Source: Camelus dromedarius | Lineage: Eukaryota | Direction: 5' to 3' | Assembly (NCBI RefSeq): GCF_036321535.1 | Contig: NC_087443.1 | Span: 33,852,001 to 33,916,000, forward strand | Length of the DNA stretch: 64,000 bases | Shown: in pieces, positions 21,725 to 34,275 of the stretch | How positions within the stretch are numbered: position 1 is the stretch's first letter | Layout: the number at the start of each line of letters is the position of its first letter | Made by a program: the position numbers and the translations under genes | The notes under the pieces: model-generated | The model's input: the letters and a program-made list of their open reading frames with translations, nothing else | Databases searched by the model: none | What the model was told of the DNA's origin: nothing

Positions 21725-23363
21725 GAACTGGCAGTGACTTTCACATTTCCTGAGACTTCACCTGACCCTCACCTTCACCCTTGGCAATAGTCAGGCCACA
21801 AATCAGCCCCACTGTATAATCAAGGAGACTGAGACAGAGAGGGAAAGGGAATTGCCTTGACAGGTAAGGCGCGGAGGGCTACAATTCCAAGTCCTTCACC
21901 TCAAGTTCAATACTTCTGTTCAATCCCTCCAATGTATATGGAGCCCTACTGGTTGTGAGACCATGCAAAATGGAGGACAAGACACAGTCCCCATCTGCAA
22001 AGGGGCTTGAGCCTCATGTGGGAGAAGCACGGAGAAGTGTCCGGGTGACTGCAGACTTTGAGAGCTGAGTGGGTGATGGGAGCCCATGTGCCCAGGGAAG
22101 GGTCCAGCCCGAAGAAGCCAACCAAGGGTTTGAAGCAGAGGAGGCACGTGGTCAAATGTGGCCGGCATAAGGGCCCTCCAGCAGCATGTTGACAATAGAC
22201 CAGGACAGTGAGAAGGTTGGTGGCTGACATTCCTCTCTGGAGACTGTTGCCGTCATCCATCCAACAGAGAGACGCTGGTGGCCTGGGCTGCCGCACGGCA
22301 GCAAAACAGGGAGCAGTGGACAAGGGGAAGGGATACACAGGAGGAAGAAGGGATGGGCACGGACGGATTTGGTGTGGGGGTAGGGCTGGGCTCTGCCCAG
22401 GGCAGTTGAGATGCCCCCATCGAGGGAGGTGGAAGGTGACAAGTTTGGTTGGGGACAAGCTGAGTTAGTGGAAGGGTCCAGGTGGGCATGTGGCTCTGGG
22501 GCTCAGGGGAGAGGCCTGGATGAGGAAGGCGGACCTGGGAATCAGAAGCCTTCAACAGGAGGGGCAGGAGACATCTGAGAGGGCCAAGCTACCAGGGACA
22601 CAGAGGTGGGAAACTGGCTAACTTCAGGGTGTGGTTTCCTGGCCCACTCAATGGTTATTTTTGAAAAGCATTAAATCCCAACATCACCACAGACCTTCCA
22701 GAGTCCGGGCTTCAACCCCACCCACTGACCCTCGCCCGCAGCTCACTCCTTCTCATTCTCAATCCCAGGGATCCTTCCAGCCGCGGACCTTCAGTCCATT
22801 TTACTGTCTCTGGCACACCATGTTTCACCTCCCTCCTTGTCCAGCTTAAATTCTGTGCCCAGTCATTATAATCACTCCCCTGGCTCCACCCTCGGCTGCC
22901 TTGATGCCTTTTATCTTCAGCGCATTCTCTTGGCCAAGCCACAAACCTGGTGGATGCAATGTTTCCACTGCCCCAACACCACCAACAAAGCAGCGAAGGA
23001 AGCTGGGGAAAGTGCACAGCCTTGCTGAGTGGCCTCACTTAATTCATGAGCATCATCTCAGATGAAGCCCAGCAAGCATGTTCCGTTTCCCCAGTCCCTC
23101 CATCTCACTGTCCTAGTAGTTCTCACACCTCTCTCCCAACTTCAACCACACTGTCACCTGATGACCTTGAGAAAACAGAAGCAGCATAAGAGGTCTTCCA
23201 GGGGCTCCCACCCTCCAGGCACACCCGCCCGCACCCTCTCCCTCCTCTAGTCTCGCACAGCATGCCAGGTCTTCCTCTGCCCACCTGCTCCAGGACATCA
23301 CTCAGGCAAGTCCCCTCTCCCGCCTGTATCATCCATTTCCTCCTCCAGACCAGATCACTTACA

Positions 23364-23578
23364 CTGGGATTGGCAAACGTTTTTTGTAAAGGCCCAGCTA
23401 GTAAATATTTCAGGCTGTGTGAGCCATACGATCTCTGTCATAACCACTCATCTCTACTGTCGTAGGTGAAAAGCAGCCTCAGACAACGCGAAAGCAAAAC
23501 CAGCATGGCTGTGTTCCCATAAAAATGTACTTAGAAAGTAACAGTCTTCCAGCGGGGTTCAGCTGTCTGCCCACTCTG
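23364..23578. mobile_element. MER58A-like hAT-Charlie MITE
   Basis: gggattggcaaacgttttttgtaaaggcccagctagtaaatatttcaggct...catggctgtgttcccataaaa. Confidence 0.85.
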
Positions 23579-23699
23579 ATGCAAACATGCTGTTGTTCCT
23601 CCCATCATAAAAAAGAGAAGCAAAATCCTCCCTGGACCCCATTTAGCTCTCTTCCTGGAAAAACTCCCAGATGGAGGGTGTCTCCCCTGCTCTCCCCTG

Positions 23700-25070
23700 G
23701 ACCACTCCCATCAGGCTCTTACACTCCCTCCACCCAAGCAGCTCTGGCTCTCCACACTGGCAGTGGAACGTTGAAGGGCTGCAGGGCCCAGTTCTGCTTC
23801 TTTTCTCTGTGCTGGTTCCTTGGGGTTCTCACGCCTTAGGTCTTCAACACCATCTATAAGGTATCCCCCATTTTTGAAAATTTGCTTTACCCACTTCACT
23901 TTTACAAAAGACCTACACCAGAACCTGTTTTTGCTAGCCAAAAGAAATCTGGAGAGGATTTTTCATTTTACTAATAAAAGAGGAAAATCAACAAATAGTG
24001 TTCAGCTTTTGTTTTGCAGTGAGAGACAGCACATACCCTGAGCAGAGAGTGGCACTGCCAAGCTCCTGCCCTGGGAATCACACTCAGTATCTCAACATGA
24101 AGCCCCAGAGCTTTGAACTGTGTCTGTGAGCATCTGTACTTTATCTCCATTTATTTAGTGCTTCAGGTAGCAAGAAGGTAATTGCTTCTTCGCTTCACGC
24201 TATTTTGCTTTACGAAAGCTTTAATAGGATCCCTCTACTTTTGGATAGCAGGGGAAACCTATATGTTACAATGCCCCTCTCTTTGCACCTCCAACCTGGA
24301 CCCCCGCCCCAAACTCCGGACATACATATATCCAGATGCCTATTTGACATCTCCACTGATAGACATTCCAAAACTGAGCTTCTTGTATTCTGCCTCCACT
24401 CTCCCAGGCGTAGCCCACCCACTGTCTTTCTCATCACAGGTAATGGCCACTCCATCTTGCCAGTTGCTCAGAACTTTGAGATCATCAGTGATGGCTCTTT
24501 CTCTCTTACTCCTCACCTACTCAGTCAGCAACTCCTGTTCTCTACCTCCCAGATGCATCCAGGATCTGACCCCTTCTCACTGCCTCCACCACTGCCACCT
24601 GGTCCAAGCCTCATTGTCTCTGGTCCAATTACTGCAATAACCTTCTGATGGATTCCCCTGCCTCTGCCCTTGCCCCAGACCATTCTCAAAACAGCAGCCA
24701 GGGTGACAACACAGGCCTCCTTACTGCTCCTGCACAAGCCAGGCTTCCTCCTACCTCAGGGCCTTTGCACTCACTGGCCTCTGTGCCTGGGATATTCTTT
24801 GCCTAGCTACTACCTGGCTCACTCTCAGTGAGGCCCTCCTTGTCCCCCGGGCCCTTCTGCAATATACTTGCTATCCCTCCTCCTTGTTTTATTTTCTCCT
24901 TCACATTTTTTGCTGTTCTTGCCTTATTTATCTGGCTTATTTTCTCCCCCCACCACTAGAAAGCAAGTTCGACAAAGACCTAGATATTTTGATCTGTTTC
25001 GTTCACTGCTACATCCTCAGTGCCTAGAGCGTGACTGGCACATGTAGGTACTCAATAAATATTGGTTGCT
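23700..25070 (+). mobile_element. L2a LINE (interrupted by the Tigger MITE at 23857-24261)
   Basis: tatatccagatgcctatttgacatctccact...ccaaaactgagctt...ctactgcaataaccttct...cctcagggcctttgcac...ctcaataaatatt. Confidence 0.85.
23857..24261. mobile_element. TcMar-Tigger-type MITE inserted into L2, TA target-site duplication
   Basis: Imperfect TIRs AGGTATCCCCCATTTTTGAAA / TTTTGGATAGCAGGGGAAACCT flanked by TA. The L2 sequence caccatcTA|tg rejoins across it. Confidence 0.8.
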
Positions 25071-25245
25071 TAGGAAATTTCACATAGGCCTAGATTTCTG
25101 GTCTCTCTTGGAAACAGGAGGATCCGGCAACCCTGAGCTGCAGTAATGATTGGGTGGTGCTCCATGATGCCTGCGCCTTTTAGGTGGGCATGTGCTGTCC
25201 TGTTCACCACAGTTTCCTCCCCCTGGCTAGTCTCACTCGCTTAGG
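25071..25245. mobile_element. MER102-like fragment
   Basis: ggaaatttcacataggcctagatttctggtctctcttggaaac...gggcatgtgct. Confidence 0.6.
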
Positions 25246-28224
25246 CCACTGCCCTCTTAGGGATCTGACTTTGAGACCCCTGGTTTGATATGCCCAGGCT
25301 GGGGCTCAGGCAGGTGTAAACCTTTCTCAGGTCCTGGGGTGGACCCCAGCCATCCTGGCCAGAGAAGTCTTCCTGCTTCACCCCTCCTGGCAGCCAGGGC
25401 CTCATGGAATGCCCCGCATGGCCAGAGCTGAAACATCACCCTCTGGATCATTGCAGCTATTAAAATGCCTGTATCAGTATCAAAGGGAAAATGCCAAGCT
25501 GCCACTAACTCCCCACCAGAGAATGTGGCTCAGGTCTGGCCTGGGGCTCAGGGGCCACTCCCTCCCTGTGCTCAGCCCCACTCAGGGCTCTTAAAGGGCT
25601 CAGGCCCAACCTGGGCTTCTGTTATATGTGGGTGGGTCCAAGTTGTGGTGTGAGGGAGCCCAGAGCAGAGGCCAGGTGAGTGCTGTACTCCACAGCCACG
25701 ACCTTGAGCCTGGCATCTCCACTCTGGGAAAATCTGCAAAATGGAGATATTACCCACCTGCTAACTTATTACGTGCTGTCTTAGAAAGTGCTTCAGAAAC
25801 CATGAAGCACTCACCAGGTGGAATTATTAAACAAGAGTTAATAATAATTGCTACACATATTAAGCAGTATATACGAGGCACTGTGCCAAGTGCTGCAGCA
25901 TTTAATAATTAATTTTTGATATCAGCGTATGTCTCCTATTAGAACCCACCCGCCTTGGAGGCTGTGGTGGGACTGTATTTGGGCTCAAGCCCCAATAAAG
26001 CATCTACTACACGCAGAGCTTGGCAGTGTTGACATGGGCTTGAGCTACCTTTGGGAGTGCCAGGACCTTGGGGTCTAGTCCCAGCATTCTCACTGTTTAT
26101 TAAGAATGTAACCCCTTTGGGCCTTGATTTCATCATCCGTGAAGTGGGAATAATATCAGTTATCTGCTGGACCATACAGGACAGCTGGAGGGATAAAATG
26201 AGATGAGATCAGAAAACAAAAAGAGGTGTCCAGATGTGAAGAAGGGTGAGCACCTGCTATACCAGCTTGTTTTTCTTAGCGGCCAGATGAAGGCCACTTT
26301 TCTCTTGAGCTGGTGCCAGGCCTGCCTCCTCCCACATGCCACAGTGAGGCTGGCCTGGCCTCATGCACTGCTGCCCACGTGTGCTCCTGCCCCTCCCCCT
26401 CCTGGGAAACTCAGCTCCCCTCTTCCCACACGGGGGAGGGTGAGTGAGGGTCCCAACTGCAGCCCTGCCTTTTGACCTCAAGAACCAGAAGTTGAAAGGA
26501 GTTGCCCACTGAAATGACCACACTGGGCAAAGCCCTGGCCCCTGTGCCAGCGTCTAATTACAATGCTTGACACAGAGTGGGGGCTCAATCATCTGTGGAG
26601 CCCTCTCGTTACCCTGGGCCATTGCTGCTACTGGGCTGTTGTCCTGTTGAAGACTGGCCCTTTGAGGGCAGGGTCTGGTCTGGTGTCTCTGAGCCACACT
26701 TGAACCAAATTACTTACTTTTAGATCTGTTCCCCTAGAACCTGTCCTTGTGGTACCAGGTGGGCTTTGGCCTAGGCTTGAGCAGAATTTGGATAGATGGA
26801 GATGGGGGTGGGGAAGGGCATTCCAGGGAGGAGCAAAGGCACAGAGGCAGGACCTGGGCTGCACCCTGCTGGCTCTGTGGGCTGGATCCCAGGGACCACA
26901 GGAGAGGGATGGCCCCACAGACAGGGTTTGTTAAGGGGAAAGGCCCAGATGCGGCTGCGTGCCCCGGAGCGCAGGCAGCTCAGCAGGGTGAAATCAAAGC
27001 GGAGGAAATGGAGACACTCAACCCACACCCACCAAAACTAGACTAGCCCTGTCTGCTCTGGGAGCTTGTGTGCTGGAGGACAGGAGGGGGTGCCATGGGG
27101 GGGAAGCCTAAGGAATTGTCTTCTCTCTCCCTCCCCCACTCCCTCTGTGCAATGGACTTGGCGCCTGATCACAGACTCCCTGGGTCATGAAACAGGGGCT
27201 GGAGGATCGTCCAGATGCCATGAGCTGCCACCGCCTCCCTGTTTCACCAGAACCACAGAGAGAGATTGCTCCAGGCTCTGCAGATCAGAAAAACTGGGGA
27301 AGGAGGTACAGGCCCCTGTGAACTTTCCAGCCTTCATTTGTGGAAGTTCTTCCAGCTAAACTAAGGCTCTGCTGCTGCCTCAAGGGGAGACAGGAGCTGG
27401 GCCCTGAAACTACGTGGATGTGGAGCCAGGTCAGCATGCGGCCGATGGACCTCCAGTTTCAAGGGGTCTGAGGTCATCTCTGGACCTAGTGCCAGATGAA
27501 GCAGGGGTCCCCCACAATGGAGTGGGGGAGGGGCTGGGGCTAAGAATGTTGGGATGGAAATCAGAGCCTCTCTCACCTTTCTTCCCTTCCAAAAATGAGT
27601 ATCGAGCATCTATGTTGCAGAACCATGCAAAGTGCTGGGGACATGTGTGAGTGGGGCAGACAGGGAGGCTGTCCTCATGGAGCTTACTCTCTAGCAAGGG
27701 GCATGTGAGAGTCTACAAACCACACACACCAACGTGAAGCAAGTCATCAGAGCACTGGCTGGGAGGGGCGAGGTGCTGAGAGCCAGTCCCGGGGCTTGGA
27801 CTAGGCCTGTTCATCATGGGGAAGTGACAGCCAGGCTGACATCTGAGGATGAGCAGTAACTGACCAGAGAGGGGCTCAGGTACAGGGGGAAATGGCTAAG
27901 ACCTGACATAATAATGTGCTTCTTGTGAACCAGGCAGGAATCTTACATATATTAATTCATTCAGCACTTTTGCAACCCATTTCTGAACAAGGAAAATGAG
28001 ACAGAGGGAAGTGTATTAACTTGCACACAGCCAAGAAGGGCAGTGGCAGGATTTGAACCTGGCTCTGAGCCTTGTCCCACTACCATACGCCTATGTCGGG
28101 GTGGGGGTGGCTCTTTCCAGAAGATTGCAATACCTATTACTGGGGTTCCAGGCACTGCTCAAAGCACTTGTTTTAACTTTCTTTAATCCTAGAAACAACA
28201 TTCAAAAGAAGGAGATGCTCTTTT

Positions 28225-28380
28225 TATCATCAATCCCATTTTAAAGAGATACAACCCAAAGCACAGAGAGCTTAAACAATTTGCCCAATGTCACACAGCC
28301 AGTAATTAGAAGAGCTGGACTTAAACCTAGCAGTCTGGCCTCTAGAATCTGTGCTCTGAGCCAAGACCCTGTACAGCCAG
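28225..28380 (-). mobile_element. MIR SINE
   Basis: cccattttaaagag...gcttaaacaatttgcccaatgtcacacagccag...cagtctggcctctagaatctgtgctct. Confidence 0.8.
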
Positions 28381-28389
28381 ATGGCTGGA

Positions 28390-28915
28390 CTCCAAAAGTG
28401 AAGGAAGAAGAACCATGAAGCTAGAGAGGGTGGCAAGGGCCATAGCCTACAGACCTCATGGACCAGAATAAGAAGCAATAGAAAGTCACTGAAGGGTTGC
28501 AATCAGGGACATGTGGTGATTGCATTTAGAGATTGTATTTAGATGTGTAAATAGATCGTATTCTTTTGAAAGATTACCCCGGCTGCCATGTGGGTGAAGG
28601 GGACAGGGCAGAATGAACTTAAGCAGATGACTTAGGAGGTTCCTGCCGTGGCCTAGGAGTGCTGAGGGTAGCTTGGGTGGGGAAGAGCAGGCTGTGATAC
28701 AGTGAAGAAGACAAGTCTGTGGGAGGCTGAGAAGGTGCAGTTAGTAGGACCTGGAGTCAGTACAGCTGGATGCCAGTGCGTTCACAGATGGAGGGGTGCC
28801 AGGCAGGCCGGACTTCCAGCTCAGCTTGGAGACATTGAATTTGAGGTGCTTCCAAGACAGGCTGGAGGGGTGGAATGGTATGTGTAGAGATGGGTCTGGA
28901 GCTCTTTCGAGATGA
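28390..28915 (-). mobile_element. L2 LINE fragment
   Basis: gtcactgaagggttgcaatcagggacatgtggtga...gaaagattaccccggctgc...gacattgaatttgaggtgc. Confidence 0.75.
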
Positions 28916-28980
28916 AGAACACACATGACATTACAGCCAGAGCTGTCCAATCATGGAGCAGTCAGCTGCATAAGGTAGCG

Positions 28981-29026
28981 AGCTCCCTCTTACTGAGGAT
29001 GCGTAAGCTCCCTCTTACTGAGGATG
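28981..29026 (+). repeat. Local tandem duplication of AGCTCCCTCTTACTGAGGATG (21 nt, period 25) in a probable L3/CR1 3' remnant
   Basis: Exact copies at 28981-29001 and 29006-29026. Confidence 0.9.
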
Positions 29027-31189
29027 TTACGGGGGATGCCTGGTATAGCACATAACTCCCCTGCCTCCAGCAGTCTGACTCTATGGAGTGAAGTGAGGCT
29101 AAAGGTGGCAAGACCACCCTCTGACCTCCCATGGCACTGAGCTTCCCCCTAGCCCCAGAAAACCTCAGCGCCAGCTCACAGGAAAGGCACTGAGGCTGTT
29201 CCTGGAAGAGCCCCAGCTAATGCCCCTCTTACAAGATCCCTTTCTGCATCCCTGTCCCCAGAGGTCACCCTTCCTGTCCTGCCCTACAGGCCACCTTGTC
29301 AGAGCATGACCCAATGCAGAAAACCTCAAAGTAATGGCTTAAGAGGCACCTTCACCGGACATCTGCAATATAACAGGCGACTTCAGGTGTAAATTCTCTT
29401 GGATGGCAGAGTCCCAGGCCTAGGGACAGCCTTTTGGGGGAAGATATGTCCTCTGGGGGCAGCAAGCCCTCCCCTGTCCCCCTGAAGAACAGGCAGGAAT
29501 GAGCCACCTGGTGGGGGGGACAGGGCAAGATGCCCATGGCAGGCATGTCTGAGCCAAGGAAAGACCACGACTGCACTGTGGGCATCACAGAGGCCAGGGA
29601 GGCTGTAGACGGGTGAGAGGAGAGGGGAGGGGGCCGAAGAGGCCCAGCCCGTGTGGACTCTCTAGCCATGCAGGGTTTCGGGAAAACCCACAATAGCCTC
29701 CAGGAGGGGATACAGGGGCCCAGTGTCCCCCAGAAAGGCTGCGCCCAGCCTCTCAGGCAGGCAGTTCTGCCCTTGGCTTGTCTCACCCTTTGAAGGCGCA
29801 GAGGAGCCCCACTGCCATCCCCACCCTTTCAGCCACAGAGAGTTTTTTGCCAGGAGGACCCCACCCAGGGCAGGAGGCAAGCGGATGGGAGGGTGGAGTG
29901 TCCGAGCGCAGCTGCTGCTGGGGCCGACCGGCCCACCGCTGATGACACCCAGCAGAGTGGGGACCCCCACCTGCCTCAGCCTAAGGCCTCAGTTTCCCTG
30001 GAGGAGCCTGCTGACTGCCTTTCATACTGAGGACTCCATAAACCTGCTTCTGGGAGGGGCAGAAACCAACCCAAAGAGGTGGGAGAAGGATTCTTAAAGC
30101 TTCTCCTGAAACTCCTTTCTTCTGGATAGCAAACCCTCAGTTGATTTTATTTTTTGAAAAAACAAGACGAAAACCAAAATGAAAAACAACCCCTCCCCCA
30201 AAAGAATATAAATCCCACTGCTTACCCTTCTTTAAACCTTCCATACTTTCAAACCGTGCAGTGCATGGGAGGACTTTCATTGACATCTCACGTGACCCTC
30301 ATTACTGCCACCATCAGCCCCTCAAGCACTGCTCTGGACTCAGGTGAGAGGTTTGGAGTAAACGGCGTAGGACGCTCTGGGCTCAGGGGCACAGACCCAC
30401 TCTATCTCGCTCTGTCTCTGTCTGTCTCTCTGTCTCTGTCTCAGGGACTGTCAGCTGTGGAGCTTGTTAAACAACCCACTGCTAGACCCTATCCACAGGG
30501 ATTCACATCAGGGTGTTAGGAAGGAGGTCAGTCAGCCTTGGTGTGTTTTAAAGTTCCCGGGTGACCCTAGGCAGCCAGCCCATCACCAGCCCAGGGGCAG
30601 GCCTCTGAGGGTGTGCAGATATGCTGAGAAGAGGGGAGGGTCACTTTAAAAAGTTTAGTTACTACAGAACTTTTATCCCTATTGTGCTCCAAAAGGGGGC
30701 ATTCAGGCAGCTGCAGAGGCAGACGGACAAACACATATTATACTGTAAGGCAGCACGACATAAGAGAGGAAAAGAAAAGCAACATAAAATAGAGCTGAGA
30801 CCTGGGCTTATGCAAAACCTTCTGCCCGAAGGCCTCCGCTCTGCCATGGGGTGAACCCCAAATCTGTGGCAAAGCTTCTGAGAAGACAGTTCAGTGTCCA
30901 AGACACAAGAACCTACCCATCCCTCTGGAAGCCCCAGCACTCTGGAAGCCAAGGCTGGACAGGGACTTTCCTAAAGGTCCACATCACCAAGGCCTGATGT
31001 GACAAACAGCATCCTCAGCACCATTCTTATAGCAAAGATGGTAATGCGAGCTCGATGCCAAGGCAGTTTGGTAGACGCCACCTCTGTGGGAGCCAAATCA
31101 AACTGAACCGAACAGGTCCCCAGACCCAGAATATGTGACTGGCCTCAGTTGACTCAGTGCAATATGGCTCTTTATACAGATGGTCTATC

Positions 31190-31410
31190 CATGTGGCTCA
31201 GAATGCCAGCTCTGGGGCCAGGTGGCTGCGGTTCAAGGCCTGGCTGTGCTACGTAACAGCTGTGTGACCTTGAGAAAGTTATGTAACTTCTCTGGGCCTC
31301 TGTGTTCTCTTCTGTAAGATGGGAATAGTAAAAACATAACCACTTCATAGGATGATTGTCACAATTAAATGTATTAATAGAAGTAAAATGCTCAATAAAT
31401 TAGCCATTAA
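31190..31410 (+). mobile_element. MIR SINE
   Basis: agctgtgtgaccttgagaaagttatgtaacttctctgggcctc...tgtaagatgggaatagt. Confidence 0.85.
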
Positions 31411-33324
31411 TAAAAGTTGTGGACGTGGTACAGCTCTACCTTATCTCGTCCGATGAGGTTCAGACCTGTTTTCTCATCAGTAGAGTGAGAGGACTGGACT
31501 TGAGGGCTCTGAGGATCTTCCCTCTATCAACTCCCCCTAAGACTAGTCATTTCCTCAGGGCATGAAAAGAAGGGTAGTTGTAGGACTGACTCAGTGGAGT
31601 GCTGGCCACATCGGAGGGCACCTGGATCTAAGGTCTGTCCATTAACTGGGGTCCAGGCAGCTGTGATGTACATAGGACACTCTACACAGGCCCACACTCC
31701 TGCCACACACATATGTTCCTTTTAAGAGCCTGCTCCTGTCCTCATCCCAGCATTTCAATCCTAGAGGACCCCATCCAGAGCCCCAGCCTCTCAGCCACTG
31801 CTTTGATCTTTCCTCCAAATGTTCCTGGAAAGGTTCCAATAAGGGGCTTCTGTATACACCCCATGCATGTGAAACAGTCCTACTACAATAATTATTATTA
31901 TTTTTAGGGATGAGGAAGTCTGCCTGAGATTCTCCAACAATTTAGCTTGGAAGTTTCAACCACTTCCTATCCCAGGGGACTCCTGGGAGTGGAAAACGCC
32001 CTCAACACTCAAAGGATTGGATCACAGATAGTGGAATGGAGGTACACTGACATCAGTCTTCTCATCTGTAAAATGGGGTAACAAGAGTATCAATCTCTTA
32101 GGGAAGTTGTGACAATTGAAAGGGATACTCCGTGTAGCACCGGCTGCTGTACGTACCCCATAAACATGAGCCACTCCTGGTAGAGTTGCTGTTACTCTCA
32201 TTGCTGGGGATGTGCTATCCCCTAACACTCACCCTGAAGGTGGCTGCTGACACCCCTTGCTCTCCCTTGGCCTCCAGAATGGATTTGGTGAGTTTAAATT
32301 CCACTCTCTTCTCTGTCACCACATACCATCTGCCCAGCCCTAGGTGACATCTGATTTCCACCATTTGGGACATTCCAGTTTCTTTTTTTATAGCAAGCAA
32401 ACCAAGTAACAGGCAGCTGGAGTGCTCATTAAGGGTCCCGAACAGGAGAGAGGCGCTGAGAGGGGGAGAGTTGGGGCTGAGGTCTGGAAGCCACACTCCC
32501 AGCTCCCCTGAGCTGGCTCCCGCCCCCATGCTCCTCTCCTGGCCCTGACCTGCCCTCCCAGGGGCTTGGCCCCTCACCCCTGGGCCTTCTGCTCACATCT
32601 CCCCCTGGCTCACTTCACTCCAGGCTCCTCTCCTTCCCTTCCAGCTCCTTCTTCCTCCTGTCTCTGCCCCCAGCTCACTGCTTTCCCCACTGGGATGGGT
32701 GGTGTGCATGTGCCCCTGGACTCCTGCTTCCAGGCCACCATGCAGGCTGTACACCTCATGGGGACTGCCTTGCCCAATGCCCTTCTGCCATCCTTCAGGG
32801 AGTGGCCCAGGCTCACCTGTTTCAGGACAGACTGCCTGCCCCAGGGACCCGGGAGCTCTCCAGAAGCACTCTGGTGGCCTGTGGTGGTGGCACCTTTAAG
32901 TGCATTGTTCCATTTGCTATCTTCTGAGAGCCCCACAGCAACCCCAAGAGGGAGGCAGGGCCTGGGCTTTACAGAGGAGGAATCTGAGGTAAGGCCACGT
33001 GGCTGGCAAAGCCCAGCTGGAATCTTGGCTTGGGCCCCTATGCTCACGGGCCACCTGTGTGTCCCCTGTGGGCAGGAACCCTCTACACGTCCATTTCACA
33101 GACCCAGTCTGTTACAAACCATCTCTGCCCCCCTCCGCCATGCCTTTCCTTCTCACCCAGGGGGTTTCCACTGGTCCCAGTTCTCACTTGTCTCCCTCAC
33201 CCCTTCCTCACCTTTGCCCTTTGCTCTGACCTGGGAGAGCATACCTAGGAAGGGAAAGGGTCAGGGAAAGGCCTCCAGTTGCTCCTAGACACCTATGCTG
33301 GCCCGAAGCTGCCTGCTCCCAGTG

Positions 33325-33537
33325 CAGCGGCATCCCGTAGAACCTTCTGCCGTGATATGTGTGTTCTATGTCTGTGCTGTCCTATCTGTAGGCCACTGGC
33401 TAAAGATATCTATTGGGTACTTATTTGAAAGGTGGCTAGTGTGACCGCAGAGCTACATTTTAGACTTTATTTAATTGTAATTGATTTAAATACACCGAGT
33501 TATATGTGAGAAGTGGTTACCATACTGGACAGTGCAG
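33325..33537. mobile_element. MER3-like hAT-Charlie MITE, full length
   Basis: tagaaccttctgccgtgat...ggtggctagtgtgacc...tttatttaattgtaattgatttaaat...ctggacagtgcag. Confidence 0.85.
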
Positions 33538-33559
33538 CACTTACAGTGTCCCTTTGAGA

Positions 33560-34275
33560 GCTACTGGACTGCAGGCCCCATCCAGCGGAGGCCTCCTGGG
33601 GTCATCTCCATACAGACAAGGCCACCAACCCCCTCCACCCGCAGGACAGCTCTCTCCCTCTGGTCCCAGGGCCTCTGCTACTGACCTCAGGTCCCACCAC
33701 TGTGGCTGCCATTTCCAGTCATTCCTCTTTGTCCCCACTAGCCCTGGACCTGGTCACAGTCCCCTCGGGCCTCTTGTTTGGCCTCCCTGCTCTGCCCTGC
33801 TCTTCCTCTCATTCTAAGGACTCTCTTCCTCAAGACCCTTCCATGGCTCCCCATTGCGCTTTCAAAGATCGAACTGTCTCAACATAGGTTACCTGTCTCT
33901 TTCCAGTATTATCTTCCACCCATTCAGTTCCCCAAGGCCAACCCCTTCCTCTGGCTTCCAGCTTCCAACTTCCAGAAGCTGTTCCCTTTGCCCCATATTC
34001 ATCCCCTTTTGCCTGGAAAATTCCTGTTCACCCTTTAAGTCTTCACTTGAAAATCACTTTCCCAGGAAGCCACGGCCACCAGGTAGCTGCATGATAATCC
34101 ATTCCCCAGACCTCCTCCACTTGCTTCCATTATTGCAGCGTTTTTCACATGACACAGTCACTGCGCATTTTCTTCTTTGTGTCCTATTTGCCTCTAAGTT
34201 CAGGAGGGCAGAAGTGTGTCCCCCACAATGCCTGACCCCAAGCTGGCTCTCAAGTTCATTTGCTGAATGAATGAA
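33560..34275 (+). mobile_element. L2 LINE 3' fragment
   Basis: ccttccatggctccccattgc...tgcctggaaaattcctgttcaccctttaag...ttgctgaatgaatgaatgg. Confidence 0.7.

Noticed and set aside
32566-33288. 240-aa plus-strand ORF in intron 1
   Set aside because: Pro/Ser/Leu-rich composition typical of random GC-rich frames, non-ATG start, no homology recognised.
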